Made by a program: the position numbers and the translations under genes
Shown: piece after piece, positions 8,403 through 16,889 of the stretch
Numbering within the stretch: position 1 is the stretch's first letter
Layout of the letters: every line of letters begins with the position of its first letter
Notes under the pieces: generated by a model
Told to the model about the DNA's origin: nothing
Seen by the model: only the letters and a program-made list of their open reading frames with translations
The model's database searches: none
Assembly: GCA_003171065.1 (NCBI GenBank)
Contig: PMXQ01000149.1
Coordinates: 123,558 to 187,557 of the forward strand
Origin: Chloroflexota bacterium
GTDB lineage: Bacteria; Chloroflexota; Limnocylindria; Limnocylindrales; CSP1-4
Direction of reading: 5' to 3'
Length of the DNA stretch: 64,000 nt

Positions 8403-10063
8403 TGTACGCCTGGTCTGCCCCTCCCCCTCGCTCCGGCCAGCGCCGGCCTGCCGTCGTCGCAGTCGGCGTCGCGCTCGCCCTCGTTCTGGCCATCGCGGGC
8501 GGGACATACCTGACCGCTTCCGAGCCGACCGGTTCCTCGCAGATCAGTCCCGGGCACAGTCTGGGGCCTTCTGAATCCTCCACCGGGTCGGTCACCATCT
8601 ACGGTAGCGAGCCCGCCTCGCTCGACCCCGCGGTTCAGTCCGACATGGGCAGTGCGCAGGTGGTGGCCCAGCTCTTCGAGTCGTTGACGGCGATCGACAC
8701 GGCGGGGCGCGTCCAGCCGGCCCTTGCCGATAGCTGGCAGACCTCGAACGGCGGCAATACGCTCGTCTTCCACCTCCGATCGGGCCTGGTCTTTTCGGAC
8801 GGCTCGCCTCTCGTTGCGGCCGATGTGATCTCGAGTTGGATGCGAGTCCTCGATCCTGCTCAGCCGAGCCAGCTGGCCTCGCTTCTCGATGACGTGGTCG
8901 GGGCTCGGGCGTACCGTGAAGGCAGCGGGGCAAAGTCGGCGGTCGGTTTGTCTGCGATCGGCGACGACCAGATCGAGGTCGACTTCACGAGCCCCTCGCC
9001 TGAGTTCCCTGCCATCGCGGCAAGCCCTACCCTCGCCGTCGTTCCTTCGACGATCGATTCCAACCCGAGCGCACTCACACCGAGCGGGTTCGTCGGCAGC
9101 GGCGCGTACGTTCTATCCGCCGTGACCGACACTGAGGTCACCTTGACCGCCAACAGCCACTACTGGGCCGGGGCGCCGCCGATCAAGACCGTGCACCAGC
9201 TGATCTCCATCGGCGGCGACAGCCCGGTCTCCGACTTCGAGAGTGGCACGCTCGACTACACGCCGATCTCCTATGCCGACGCGTCGTGGATCGCGTACGA
9301 CAAAGCGCTCGGGCCGTTGCTGCACGTTGACCAATCGCCTTCGGTGGAGTTCTACGGTTTCGACACGTCGCGTCCGCCGTTCTCTGACGTTCACGTTCGA
9401 CGCGCCTTCCAGATGGGGATCGACTGGCGAGGGATTACAGCGCTGCAGTCGGACCCCCTCATGCAGCCCGCCACGGGGATGGTCCCGCCGCGCGTGCCCG
9501 GGCACAGCGCCACCGACTTCGGGCCGGTCTTCAACCTCGCCCAGGCCAGGGCGGAGCTTGCGGCGGCCGGCTACCCGAACGGCGTCGGGTTTCCGAAGAT
9601 CACCCTGGTCACCGGTGGCGCCCCGCTCGACGAAGCCATCGTGCGTCAACTTCACGACAATCTCGGCATCGACATCGGTTATGAAACCCGCGACTTCCAG
9701 TCGTACTACGCGCAGCTCCTGAATGACCCGCCGGCCTTCTGGGAGATGGACTGGGTGGCCGACTACCCCGGTGCGAACGACTTCCTGGGGCTTCTGCTCG
9801 GGACCGGAAAGACGAACAACTTCGGGCGGTGGAGCTCGAGCGACTTCGACAACGACATCGACCAGGCGCTCGCGGCGGGCGACCAGGCGTCCATGCAGCA
9901 AGCGCTGGATCGGGCCCAGGCCGTCGTGCTCGACCAGGCGCCCGTGATCCCGGTCGACTACGACGGGGGCTACTCGCTGGCGAAACCGGGTCTTCTGGGG
10001 GCCGTCACGAACGGCCAGGGCCTGATGCGCTACGCCGGCCTGGCCTGGGCGAGCGGCTCATGA
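8402..10063 (+). CDS. ABC-type peptide/nickel solute-binding protein (family 5), N-terminally membrane anchored
   Basis: 553 aa with typical family-5 stretches (LDPAVQSDMGSAQVVAQLFESLT, WQTSNGGNTLVFHLRSGLVFSDGSPL, HYWAGAP). No permease or ATPase genes adjacent. Confidence 0.8.
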   Translation: MYAWSAPPPRSGQRRPAVVAVGVALALVLAIAGGTYLTASEPTGSSQISPGHSLGPSESSTGSVTIYGSEPASLDPAVQSDMGSAQVVAQLFESLTAIDTAGRVQPALADSWQTSNGGNTLVFHLRSGLVFSDGSPLVAADVISSWMRVLDPAQPSQLASLLDDVVGARAYREGSGAKSAVGLSAIGDDQIEVDFTSPSPEFPAIAASPTLAVVPSTIDSNPSALTPSGFVGSGAYVLSAVTDTEVTLTANSHYWAGAPPIKTVHQLISIGGDSPVSDFESGTLDYTPISYADASWIAYDKALGPLLHVDQSPSVEFYGFDTSRPPFSDVHVRRAFQMGIDWRGITALQSDPLMQPATGMVPPRVPGHSATDFGPVFNLAQARAELAAAGYPNGVGFPKITLVTGGAPLDEAIVRQLHDNLGIDIGYETRDFQSYYAQLLNDPPAFWEMDWVADYPGANDFLGLLLGTGKTNNFGRWSSSDFDNDIDQALAAGDQASMQQALDRAQAVVLDQAPVIPVDYDGGYSLAKPGLLGAVTNGQGLMRYAGLAWASGS

Positions 10064-11415
10064 GACTGCCGGTGCGACACAGGTTCATGCGCGTCGCGTT
10101 CGTGGCGGCGATGGTCGCCTGGGCCGCGATTGGGTCGAGCGCGGCTGCGGTTCTCAGCGCGTCGATCACGTTCGGCACGCCGACGGCCACGTCGACGTTC
10201 GGCAAGGGAATCGACTTCACCCAGCCGTACTCGGGAGGCGGCACCATCCGTGAGGTCGACATCGTCATCACTTATCCGGGCAGCTACGGACCGTCCGTGA
10301 TCCAGCTGGAGAACCCGGGGGCGGGCAGCTTCGACTATCTGCTGGATGCCTCGTCCGGGGAGATCCAGCCAAACACCCAACTCATGGCCGATTTCGAGGC
10401 CGTCCTGGCGGACGGCACGGTGGCGACCGGCCCTGACATGCACGTCACCTACGCCGACGACAGCTTCGACTGGCAGACGATGGTCGGGGGGATCATCCGG
10501 CTGCACTGGTACGAGGGCGACGACACCTTTGCCCAGCAGGCGCTCCAGATGGGCGAGGACGGGATCGCCAAGGCGTCCGCCTTCCTGGGCTTCGACGAGA
10601 CGGCGCCGATCGACTTCTTCGTGTATGCCGATCAGACGGCCTTCTACGACGCGCTCGGCCCGGGTACGCGGGACAACGTGGGCGGCGAGGCCAACCCGGA
10701 CACGAGGACGCTCTTCGCGCTGATCGCACCCGGCGACCTCTCGTACGCCTCGACCGTGGTGCCCCACGAGCTGACCCACGTTGTATTCAGCGACATCACC
10801 CAGAATCCCTATCACGACCCTCCGCGCTGGCTGAACGAGGGAATCGCCGTCTATGTCTCTCAGGGGTTCGACAGCTCGGACAAGCAGCTGGTCGCCCAGG
10901 CAGTTTCGGACGGCACGCTCATGCCGCTGGCGGCCTTGAGCGGCGAGTTCCCGACGAGCCAGCAAGGGTTCTACCTGGCGTACGCCGAGTCGGTGTCGGC
11001 GGTGGACTACTTCATGCGGACGTACGGCCAGGCCGATCTGGACAAGCTGGTCAAGGCGTACGCCACGGGAGTGTCCGACGATGAGGCCTTCAAGACTGCA
11101 ATCGGCATTTCCACGGATGCATTCGACAAGGCCTGGCAGAAGGACAACGGAGGCACGGCCCTGAGCTCCTTCGGCCCCCAGCCGGAAGCGGCTGGCCCCG
11201 TCCCGTCGGACTGGACCAGCTCCGGCGTGGCCGGGCCGACCTCGGCACCGTCGCAGGTACCGGTGCCGGGTGCGACCGCAAGCCCGGACGCCGGGGGCGC
11301 CGGTTCGCAGGCCCCGGCCATCGTCTACGTGATCGGTGCCGCAATCGTCCTGGTGGGTGTGGTCCTGGTTGCAGTGGTTGTGTCGCACCGCCGTTCGTCG
11401 CGAGGGGCGCCTTGA
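10060..11415 (+). CDS. secreted gluzincin (peptidase MA-like) with a C-terminal TM anchor
   Basis: ATGA overlap with the SBP gene. Signal peptide present. HELTH followed 20 residues later by NEG (HExxH-x19-E). C-terminus is a Pro/Ser-rich linker, the helix AIVYVIGAAIVLVGVVLVAVVV and the tail HRRSSRG. Confidence 0.7.
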   Translation: MRLPVRHRFMRVAFVAAMVAWAAIGSSAAAVLSASITFGTPTATSTFGKGIDFTQPYSGGGTIREVDIVITYPGSYGPSVIQLENPGAGSFDYLLDASSGEIQPNTQLMADFEAVLADGTVATGPDMHVTYADDSFDWQTMVGGIIRLHWYEGDDTFAQQALQMGEDGIAKASAFLGFDETAPIDFFVYADQTAFYDALGPGTRDNVGGEANPDTRTLFALIAPGDLSYASTVVPHELTHVVFSDITQNPYHDPPRWLNEGIAVYVSQGFDSSDKQLVAQAVSDGTLMPLAALSGEFPTSQQGFYLAYAESVSAVDYFMRTYGQADLDKLVKAYATGVSDDEAFKTAIGISTDAFDKAWQKDNGGTALSSFGPQPEAAGPVPSDWTSSGVAGPTSAPSQVPVPGATASPDAGGAGSQAPAIVYVIGAAIVLVGVVLVAVVVSHRRSSRGAP

Positions 11416-11562
11416 ATGACGCCGTGATGCGTCAATCCGCGTATCGCCGTGCTCGATCCGACCGGTCGCGGTTCGATGGGCCGCAACGGCCGAGCTCGGC
11501 TCTGATAGGCTGAGCGGCCACCATGGAGCGCGCGCCCTTCCGCTCAGCACAGGCCGAGAACA

Positions 11563-11847
11563 GTGGCGTCCACTGATCAGGTTGTCGTCGAGTTCAGGCT
11601 CGGCGACGTCGTTCGATTGCGCCGGTCTCACCCGTGCGGCGGGCACGAGTGGCTGGTGGACCGCCTCGGGGCCGACATCGGCCTGCGCTGTCAGGGCTGC
11701 GGCCGCCACGTGCTGCTCGATCGCCGAACGCTCGAGCGGCGGTCCATCGGGTTCGTGGCACGGGGCGACATGGCATTGAGTCGGGCCGTTGCCCCGACCC
11801 CTCGCGATGCCCACGGCTCGCCTGCAGGCGAGGAGAGCGGCCGATGA
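11563..11847 (+). CDS. DUF951-family small protein
   Basis: GDVVRLRRSHPCGGHEWLVDRLGADIGLRCQGCGRHVLLDRRTLERR matches the DUF951 CxxC zinc-ribbon-like pattern. GTG start. Confidence 0.7.
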   Translation: MASTDQVVVEFRLGDVVRLRRSHPCGGHEWLVDRLGADIGLRCQGCGRHVLLDRRTLERRSIGFVARGDMALSRAVAPTPRDAHGSPAGEESGR

Positions 11848-13385
11848 ACATTCCGGGCCGCGCCACGCGACAGGCAGGCGTCGTGAGCGCACCGCGCTCC
11901 AGGGCTGACGCCGGACGCGCCACTGAGGCGGAGCCGGCTCAGGAATCGAGCGCCCTCGCCGTACTGCGGAATCGGCCGTTCCTGTTGCTGTGGCTGGCCC
12001 AGCTCTCGACCCAGGTCGGCGGCAACATGGTCATATACGGCCTGACGATCATGATCACGACTCAGACCGCCTCGTCCACAGCCGTGGGCGCCCTCCTGCT
12101 GAGCTTCCTCGTCCCGGCGATCGTCTTCTCGGCCATCGCCGGTGTCTTCGTCGATCGCGTGGACAAGCGCCACATGCTTCTCGTGACCAACGTGCTTCGC
12201 GGCCTGGCGTTTCTGGCGATCGTCCTCGTCCACAGCAACCTGGCGCTGCTGTACCTGCTGATGATCTGCGTGGCGACGATCACGACGTTCTTCGGCCCCG
12301 CCGAGGCGTCGATGATCCCCTTCCTGGTGCCGAGACGCCAGCTCCTCGCAGCCAACGGCCTCTTCACCCTCACCATGAACGCCGCCTTCGCGCTCGGGTT
12401 CGCTCTGGTCGGACCGTTCCTCGTAGCCGTCGCCAGCCCACAAGCGCTGATCGTGATCGTCGCCATCCTGTACTTCGTGGCTGCGGCCTTCTGCTGGACA
12501 CTGCCGTCGTCTCCTCCCGTGGGCGGCGACAGGGCCACCAAGGGGCAGGCGGTCGCAGACGCCGAACGCGCCGTCGAGACGATGTTCGGGCAGCTCACCG
12601 AGGGACTGGCATACATCCGCGACCATCGTTCGGTGGGCTGGTCGCTGTCCTACCTTGGCATCACGGGTGCGCTCATCGGCATCCTTGGGGTCCTCGGGCC
12701 CAAGTTCGCGACAACCACGCTGGCGCTCGGAACCAAAGACTTCGTGGTCGTGGTCCTGCCTCTCGGGCTTGGGGTCGTGGCCGGAATCGTCGCTCTCAAC
12801 GCGTATGGCCACCGCCTGCCGCGGCGACGCACCATCGAGGCGGGAATGATCGCCATGGGCACGCTGCTGGCTATCCTTTCGTTCGCCGGCCCCATCTCGC
12901 ACTTCCTCGAGGACAACGTCGCGGCCCAGATAGCGGAGTCCAGCCGCGTCGTCTCCGTGCTTTCCCTGGTTATCGTCATCGCCTTCCTGGTCGGCTTTGC
13001 GTTTGCCATCGTCTCGATCGCGTCGCAAACGCAGCTTCAGGAAGAGTTGCCAGAGGACGTCCGCGGTCGCGTGTTCGGCGTGCTCAACATGCTCGTGTCG
13101 ATAGCCAGCCTCGCACCCATCATCATCGTTGCCCCCGTGGCCGACTTCGTCGGCACGGAGGGCGTGATCCTGGTCGTCGCCATCATCGTCTGCCTGTGGG
13201 GGATCGCGAGCGTCGTCAGGCGCGGCGCGCTGCTACCGGCCGAGGCAGAAGCCCGAGCCGACACGCCGCCAACGGGCGCACCGGTCGATCCGATGACCGT
13301 GGCGATCGTTCCTACCGAGATGGCCGGCGGCATCAATCTGATAGCCCCCGAGCCTGGTAGAGACGGGAGCCGGGTTCGACGATGA
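11844..13385 (+). CDS. MFS transporter (MFS_3/enterobactin-exporter-like)
   Basis: ATGA overlap with DUF951. About 12 predicted TM helices. N-terminal motif FLLLWLAQLSTQVGGNM. Confidence 0.8.
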   Translation: MNIPGRATRQAGVVSAPRSRADAGRATEAEPAQESSALAVLRNRPFLLLWLAQLSTQVGGNMVIYGLTIMITTQTASSTAVGALLLSFLVPAIVFSAIAGVFVDRVDKRHMLLVTNVLRGLAFLAIVLVHSNLALLYLLMICVATITTFFGPAEASMIPFLVPRRQLLAANGLFTLTMNAAFALGFALVGPFLVAVASPQALIVIVAILYFVAAAFCWTLPSSPPVGGDRATKGQAVADAERAVETMFGQLTEGLAYIRDHRSVGWSLSYLGITGALIGILGVLGPKFATTTLALGTKDFVVVVLPLGLGVVAGIVALNAYGHRLPRRRTIEAGMIAMGTLLAILSFAGPISHFLEDNVAAQIAESSRVVSVLSLVIVIAFLVGFAFAIVSIASQTQLQEELPEDVRGRVFGVLNMLVSIASLAPIIIVAPVADFVGTEGVILVVAIIVCLWGIASVVRRGALLPAEAEARADTPPTGAPVDPMTVAIVPTEMAGGINLIAPEPGRDGSRVRR

Positions 13386-13410
13386 CGGGCCGCGCCGCGG
13401 GACGGACGGC

Positions 13411-14853
13411 GTGACGGCATCTGCCCCGGCGAGTCAGGACGTGCCGGCCACGCCGGTAGCCTGGCGGGTGGCCGCCACGGGAATCCTTGCAGGCGGAGCT
13501 GCAGTGGGCTTCCTGGCGAGCGGCCATCGGTCTGGCAAGCTCGTGGCGCTTGCTACTGCCGGGGTCGCCATAGGGTGCGCGGTGCCCGTGGCAGTCGCGA
13601 CGCGATGGCCGCCCATCTCACCGGAATCGGCTGCGGAGGCTCTCGACGCTGCGGCGACGCCGCCCACGTTCACCGTCCTGGTTGGCGCGCGTGACGAAGC
13701 CAAAGTGCTGCCACGACTCGTGCGCGACGTGGCCGGCCAGAGCTATCGGTCGGCTACAGGGGAGCCGCTCTTCGAGCTGATCGTCGTGGACGATCGCTCG
13801 CTCGACGGCAGCGGCCAGGTCGTCGCGGCGGCAGCTCGGGAATTCGGGATAGAGAGGGTCACACGCGTGATCAGGCGAGAAGGCGACGGCCTGCCAGACG
13901 GGAAAGGCGCCGCCCTGACGGCTGCCCAGCCCGATGTCTGCCGCGGAGATGTGGTCCTGGTTCTCGATGCCGACGCGCGGATCGAGCCCTGCTTTCTGCG
14001 CCGTGCCGCAGGCTATTTCGCGGCCGGCGCGAACGCGGTGACTGCCAGGCGCCGAATCCTCGACGCCGACATTGGTTGGCTGGCGGGGGCTCAGGCGGAC
14101 GAGCAGAACATGGACGGCGAGCTGAACCGAGGTCGCTGGGCGATGGGCGGCTGCTCCGAGTTCCGCGGCAACGGGATCATGATCAGAAGGGAGTTGCTTG
14201 CCGCGGCGGGAGGCTGGAGGGCGGCTGCGCTGACCGAGGACATCGACCTCTCGAGTCGCGTGGCTGCGCTGACCGGCGAGCGAGTTGCGTGGGCACTCGA
14301 CGCGGAAGTGTGGGAGGAACCGGTCCGGAGTCTCTCTGGGCTCTGGCAGCAGCGCCTGCGCTGGGCCGAGGGGGGCTTCAGGCGCGCCTTCGAACACGGA
14401 CCGGCCGTGATCTCCAGCACGCGCCTGTCGGCCCGCTCGCGGCTGGATTTCGTTGCGTACGTCGGCCAGCTTGCCGTCCCAGCCGTCGTGGCCGGCGCGG
14501 CGGCTGCGGCAGTGGTGACTGGCCGCAAGCGGTCTCTCGTCGCGCTTCTGGCCGGCTACCTGGGCGTCAGCGCCGGCCTGGGCTGGGACGCGTTGCGCTG
14601 GGAGAGACGGGCCGACGGCCGAGCGTTGGGTGGTGCCGAGCGAGCGCGCCGCTCCCTTCGGGTCTCACTGTTCAACGGATTCTGGCTGGCGGTCGTGCCC
14701 CGAGCACTGCTGAACATCGCCCTGCGAGGCGGTCCGGTTCGGTACGAGAAGATGGCGCACGACGGAGCCGGAGGGGCAGGCTGGGACTATTCGGTGGGCG
14801 CTCCAGGGGACGCTGACCCCGAACAGGCGGCGGGCGGTCCATGGCGGGGGTAA
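13411..14853 (+). CDS. processive family-2 glycosyltransferase (membrane-embedded polysaccharide synthase-like)
   Basis: N- and C-terminal TM helices flank a GT-A domain with VVDDRSLDGS, LDADA, TEDIDL and QQRLRWAEG (D,D,D,QxxRW pattern). Confidence 0.75.
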   Translation: MTASAPASQDVPATPVAWRVAATGILAGGAAVGFLASGHRSGKLVALATAGVAIGCAVPVAVATRWPPISPESAAEALDAAATPPTFTVLVGARDEAKVLPRLVRDVAGQSYRSATGEPLFELIVVDDRSLDGSGQVVAAAAREFGIERVTRVIRREGDGLPDGKGAALTAAQPDVCRGDVVLVLDADARIEPCFLRRAAGYFAAGANAVTARRRILDADIGWLAGAQADEQNMDGELNRGRWAMGGCSEFRGNGIMIRRELLAAAGGWRAAALTEDIDLSSRVAALTGERVAWALDAEVWEEPVRSLSGLWQQRLRWAEGGFRRAFEHGPAVISSTRLSARSRLDFVAYVGQLAVPAVVAGAAAAAVVTGRKRSLVALLAGYLGVSAGLGWDALRWERRADGRALGGAERARRSLRVSLFNGFWLAVVPRALLNIALRGGPVRYEKMAHDGAGGAGWDYSVGAPGDADPEQAAGGPWRG

Positions 14854-15094
14854 TCGCCGGATAAGTCGCAGATAAGCGGCGGGGCATAGAGTCGGGGCGT
14901 CGCACGTTGGGACCGCCCGAGTGCCCGCCCGAGGGGGCGGCCCCACCGGCGCCAGGGCCAGATCGCCGTCCCGTGGACGGTGACTCGCCTCAGCTCGAAG
15001 GAGGTGCTTGCAGGCCTAGCTGTTCGCTCACCTGCCCGCCACGCTCGACCCCGCCGCAGGCAATGGATCCGCCCGCCGGAATGGGAGGAGATTC

Positions 15095-15862
15095 ATGAAA
15101 CGAGCATTCATGTGGCTCGTTTCAATGGCCGTCGCGGCTTCGACGATCGCGGCGCCAGGTCACGCCGCCGCAACCTATGACGCACACGTGTGGTCCAACT
15201 CGGATGCCTTCAAGGTCGCGTGCTTGGGTGTCAACGACACCTATCCACAGCAGCTCTACAGCCTGACCGTCACGCAGCTTGGCAAGCTGGGCTTCGGCCC
15301 GGTGTCGGGAGCCCTCGGACCTGGGTTTACTCGCGCCGCCGTCCTGGGCAACGTTCTCAACGATTGGGCTGTGTATGTGCACAGCCACGGTGACAACTAC
15401 TGGGCGGCGAGCGGCGCGCCCAACATCGACTCGGGGTTCCTCCAGGATCCCGGCTCGGGGAAGTGCAACTCGTCCAAGGACATCGTCAGGTCCAGCTCCA
15501 TCAAAGCCGCCACTCAAGGGTCGTTCTACAACATCGTCATCATGTCGACCTGCATGCTGGGCTCGAACTCGAGCACGATGCCGGCCGCGTTCCAGATCGA
15601 GAAGACGAAGAAGGCCACCGACTACGAGTTCTACCTGGGGTACGTCTATCACACCTGGGACAGCTCGAGCCTCCGGTTCGAGAAGGCCTTGTGGAGTTAC
15701 ATCAACGGCGGGACGCCCGGCTCTCGAACTCTGGCGGCGGCATTCGCCTACGCCTCCGGGATTGGCGGCTACGAGGCCGTCAGCTCGAGTGAGCCCTTCC
15801 AGGCCAACTGGTGGGGCGATCCCTACTACAGCGGAACGCCTCTCCGGCCGGTGTCGAGATGA
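15095..15862 (+). CDS. secreted protein of unknown function with a clan-CD-like His-Gly / Cys dyad
   Basis: GGGAGGAG Shine-Dalgarno and a signal peptide (MKRAFMWLVSMAVAASTIAAPGHAAA). WAVYVHSHGD (His98-Gly99) and NIVIMSTCMLG (Cys153) each follow a hydrophobic strand. Codon usage is visibly less GC-biased than in neighbouring genes. Confidence 0.6.
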   Translation: MKRAFMWLVSMAVAASTIAAPGHAAATYDAHVWSNSDAFKVACLGVNDTYPQQLYSLTVTQLGKLGFGPVSGALGPGFTRAAVLGNVLNDWAVYVHSHGDNYWAASGAPNIDSGFLQDPGSGKCNSSKDIVRSSSIKAATQGSFYNIVIMSTCMLGSNSSTMPAAFQIEKTKKATDYEFYLGYVYHTWDSSSLRFEKALWSYINGGTPGSRTLAAAFAYASGIGGYEAVSSSEPFQANWWGDPYYSGTPLRPVSR

Positions 15863-16794
15863 CCAAGATGCATGCTTCAATCCGCACCAAGAATGTCAAG
15901 TCGGCCGCGGGCCTGGGCGTCGTGGCCTTGACGTGCCTGGCCGTCTCGGCCGGCCACATCGCAGCGGCTCCGCGGCCCTCTGACCCCGGCAGCTCGGGGC
16001 CTGAATCTGTGGCCCGCGTCGAAGTGGCACTGGACGCGAATGCGGACGCGGTGCTCCTAACACGCGAGGGCAACACTCGAGACGCGTTGGGCTTCCCGGT
16101 CGGCGTCAAGCGCATCGGGCATCACGTGCTCGATGGCTTCGAGAACGCCGAGTACGACGAAGTCACGGAACTCGACACGGCAGGCAACGTCGAGTCGGTC
16201 ACTCAGTTTGACTCGAAGGGCCGTCTTCTCGGCGCCGTTCGTATGGACGCCGCTCCAGTGATGGGCATCCGTGTCGGGCAGGATGGCGCTGTGAAGTCGG
16301 CGCAGCGGTCGGTTCTGGCTGCGGGCCTGGTCGTCGGAACCCCCTCCTCGACCGAGGCCGATCAGGCGACGGGCGGGTGGACGGTCCATTGGGCTCGTAC
16401 GCAAGACGGTGTGCGCGTGCGTGGAGACGAGACGCGCGTCCAGGTCTGGTCCGACGGGCGAATCCAAAGCGTTGCCCGTGCGGAACATGACCTCGCTGCT
16501 GCGCCCGTGAGCCGGATCGGTTCGGCCACGGCCCGGCAGATCGCGGCAACGAACCTCGACCGCTGGTTCGCCGGCCGGAACTCGGGATACGCGGTCCAGA
16601 AGCTCGACCTGGAGTGGGTCGGGCCGAATGCGGCCTTCGATCCCGCCGGGATCGGCGCCGCCGAGGCCCCGTACCGGCTCGCGTGGGTTACCGAGGTGAA
16701 GCCATCTGGCGACGCGGCCAACGCCGTCTGGCTGATGAGCCTCTTCGTCGACGCCGGCGACGGCACAATCATCGGCGGAGATTTCGTGGAGTGA
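15859..16794 (+). CDS. secreted protein with three PepSY-like repeats
   Basis: ATGA overlap with the upstream gene and an N-terminal signal/anchor. The repeats end in ...DSKGRLLGAVRMD, ...WSDGRIQSVARAE and ...LFVDAGDGTIIGGD, resembling PepSY/YpeB-type modules. Confidence 0.55.
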   Translation: MTKMHASIRTKNVKSAAGLGVVALTCLAVSAGHIAAAPRPSDPGSSGPESVARVEVALDANADAVLLTREGNTRDALGFPVGVKRIGHHVLDGFENAEYDEVTELDTAGNVESVTQFDSKGRLLGAVRMDAAPVMGIRVGQDGAVKSAQRSVLAAGLVVGTPSSTEADQATGGWTVHWARTQDGVRVRGDETRVQVWSDGRIQSVARAEHDLAAAPVSRIGSATARQIAATNLDRWFAGRNSGYAVQKLDLEWVGPNAAFDPAGIGAAEAPYRLAWVTEVKPSGDAANAVWLMSLFVDAGDGTIIGGDFVE

Positions 16795-16889
16795 AGTCGT
16801 GGGGCTCGGCCACTCGTGGCGGCCCCGCCATTTAGCGGCCCGCGGCCGTCCGGTTGGGCGGGCACGGGCCGCTTCAGAAAGGGGATCGC

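Noticed and set aside
11506-11562. TGaTAGGCT extended -10-like element and a 17-codon ORF (ATG 11523) upstream of the DUF951 gene.
   Set aside because: The spacing from hexamer to ATG (11 nt) does not fit the leaderless pattern seen elsewhere. The mini-ORF has no supporting features, so I kept it as a note only.
10030-11892. Very long antisense ORFs. Examples: 10030..11892 (620 aa), 37870..39393 (507 aa), 57364..59049 (561 aa), 25404..26978 (524 aa), 35910..37382 (490 aa), 11691..13028 (445 aa), 6784..8049 (421 aa), 55149..56396 (415 aa), 59926..61119 (397 aa).
   Set aside because: Each lies opposite a gene with clear family motifs. Their translations are Arg/Gly/Pro/Asp-rich with no motifs. 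In GC-rich DNA, stop codons are rare in non-coding frames, so ORF length alone is not evidence.
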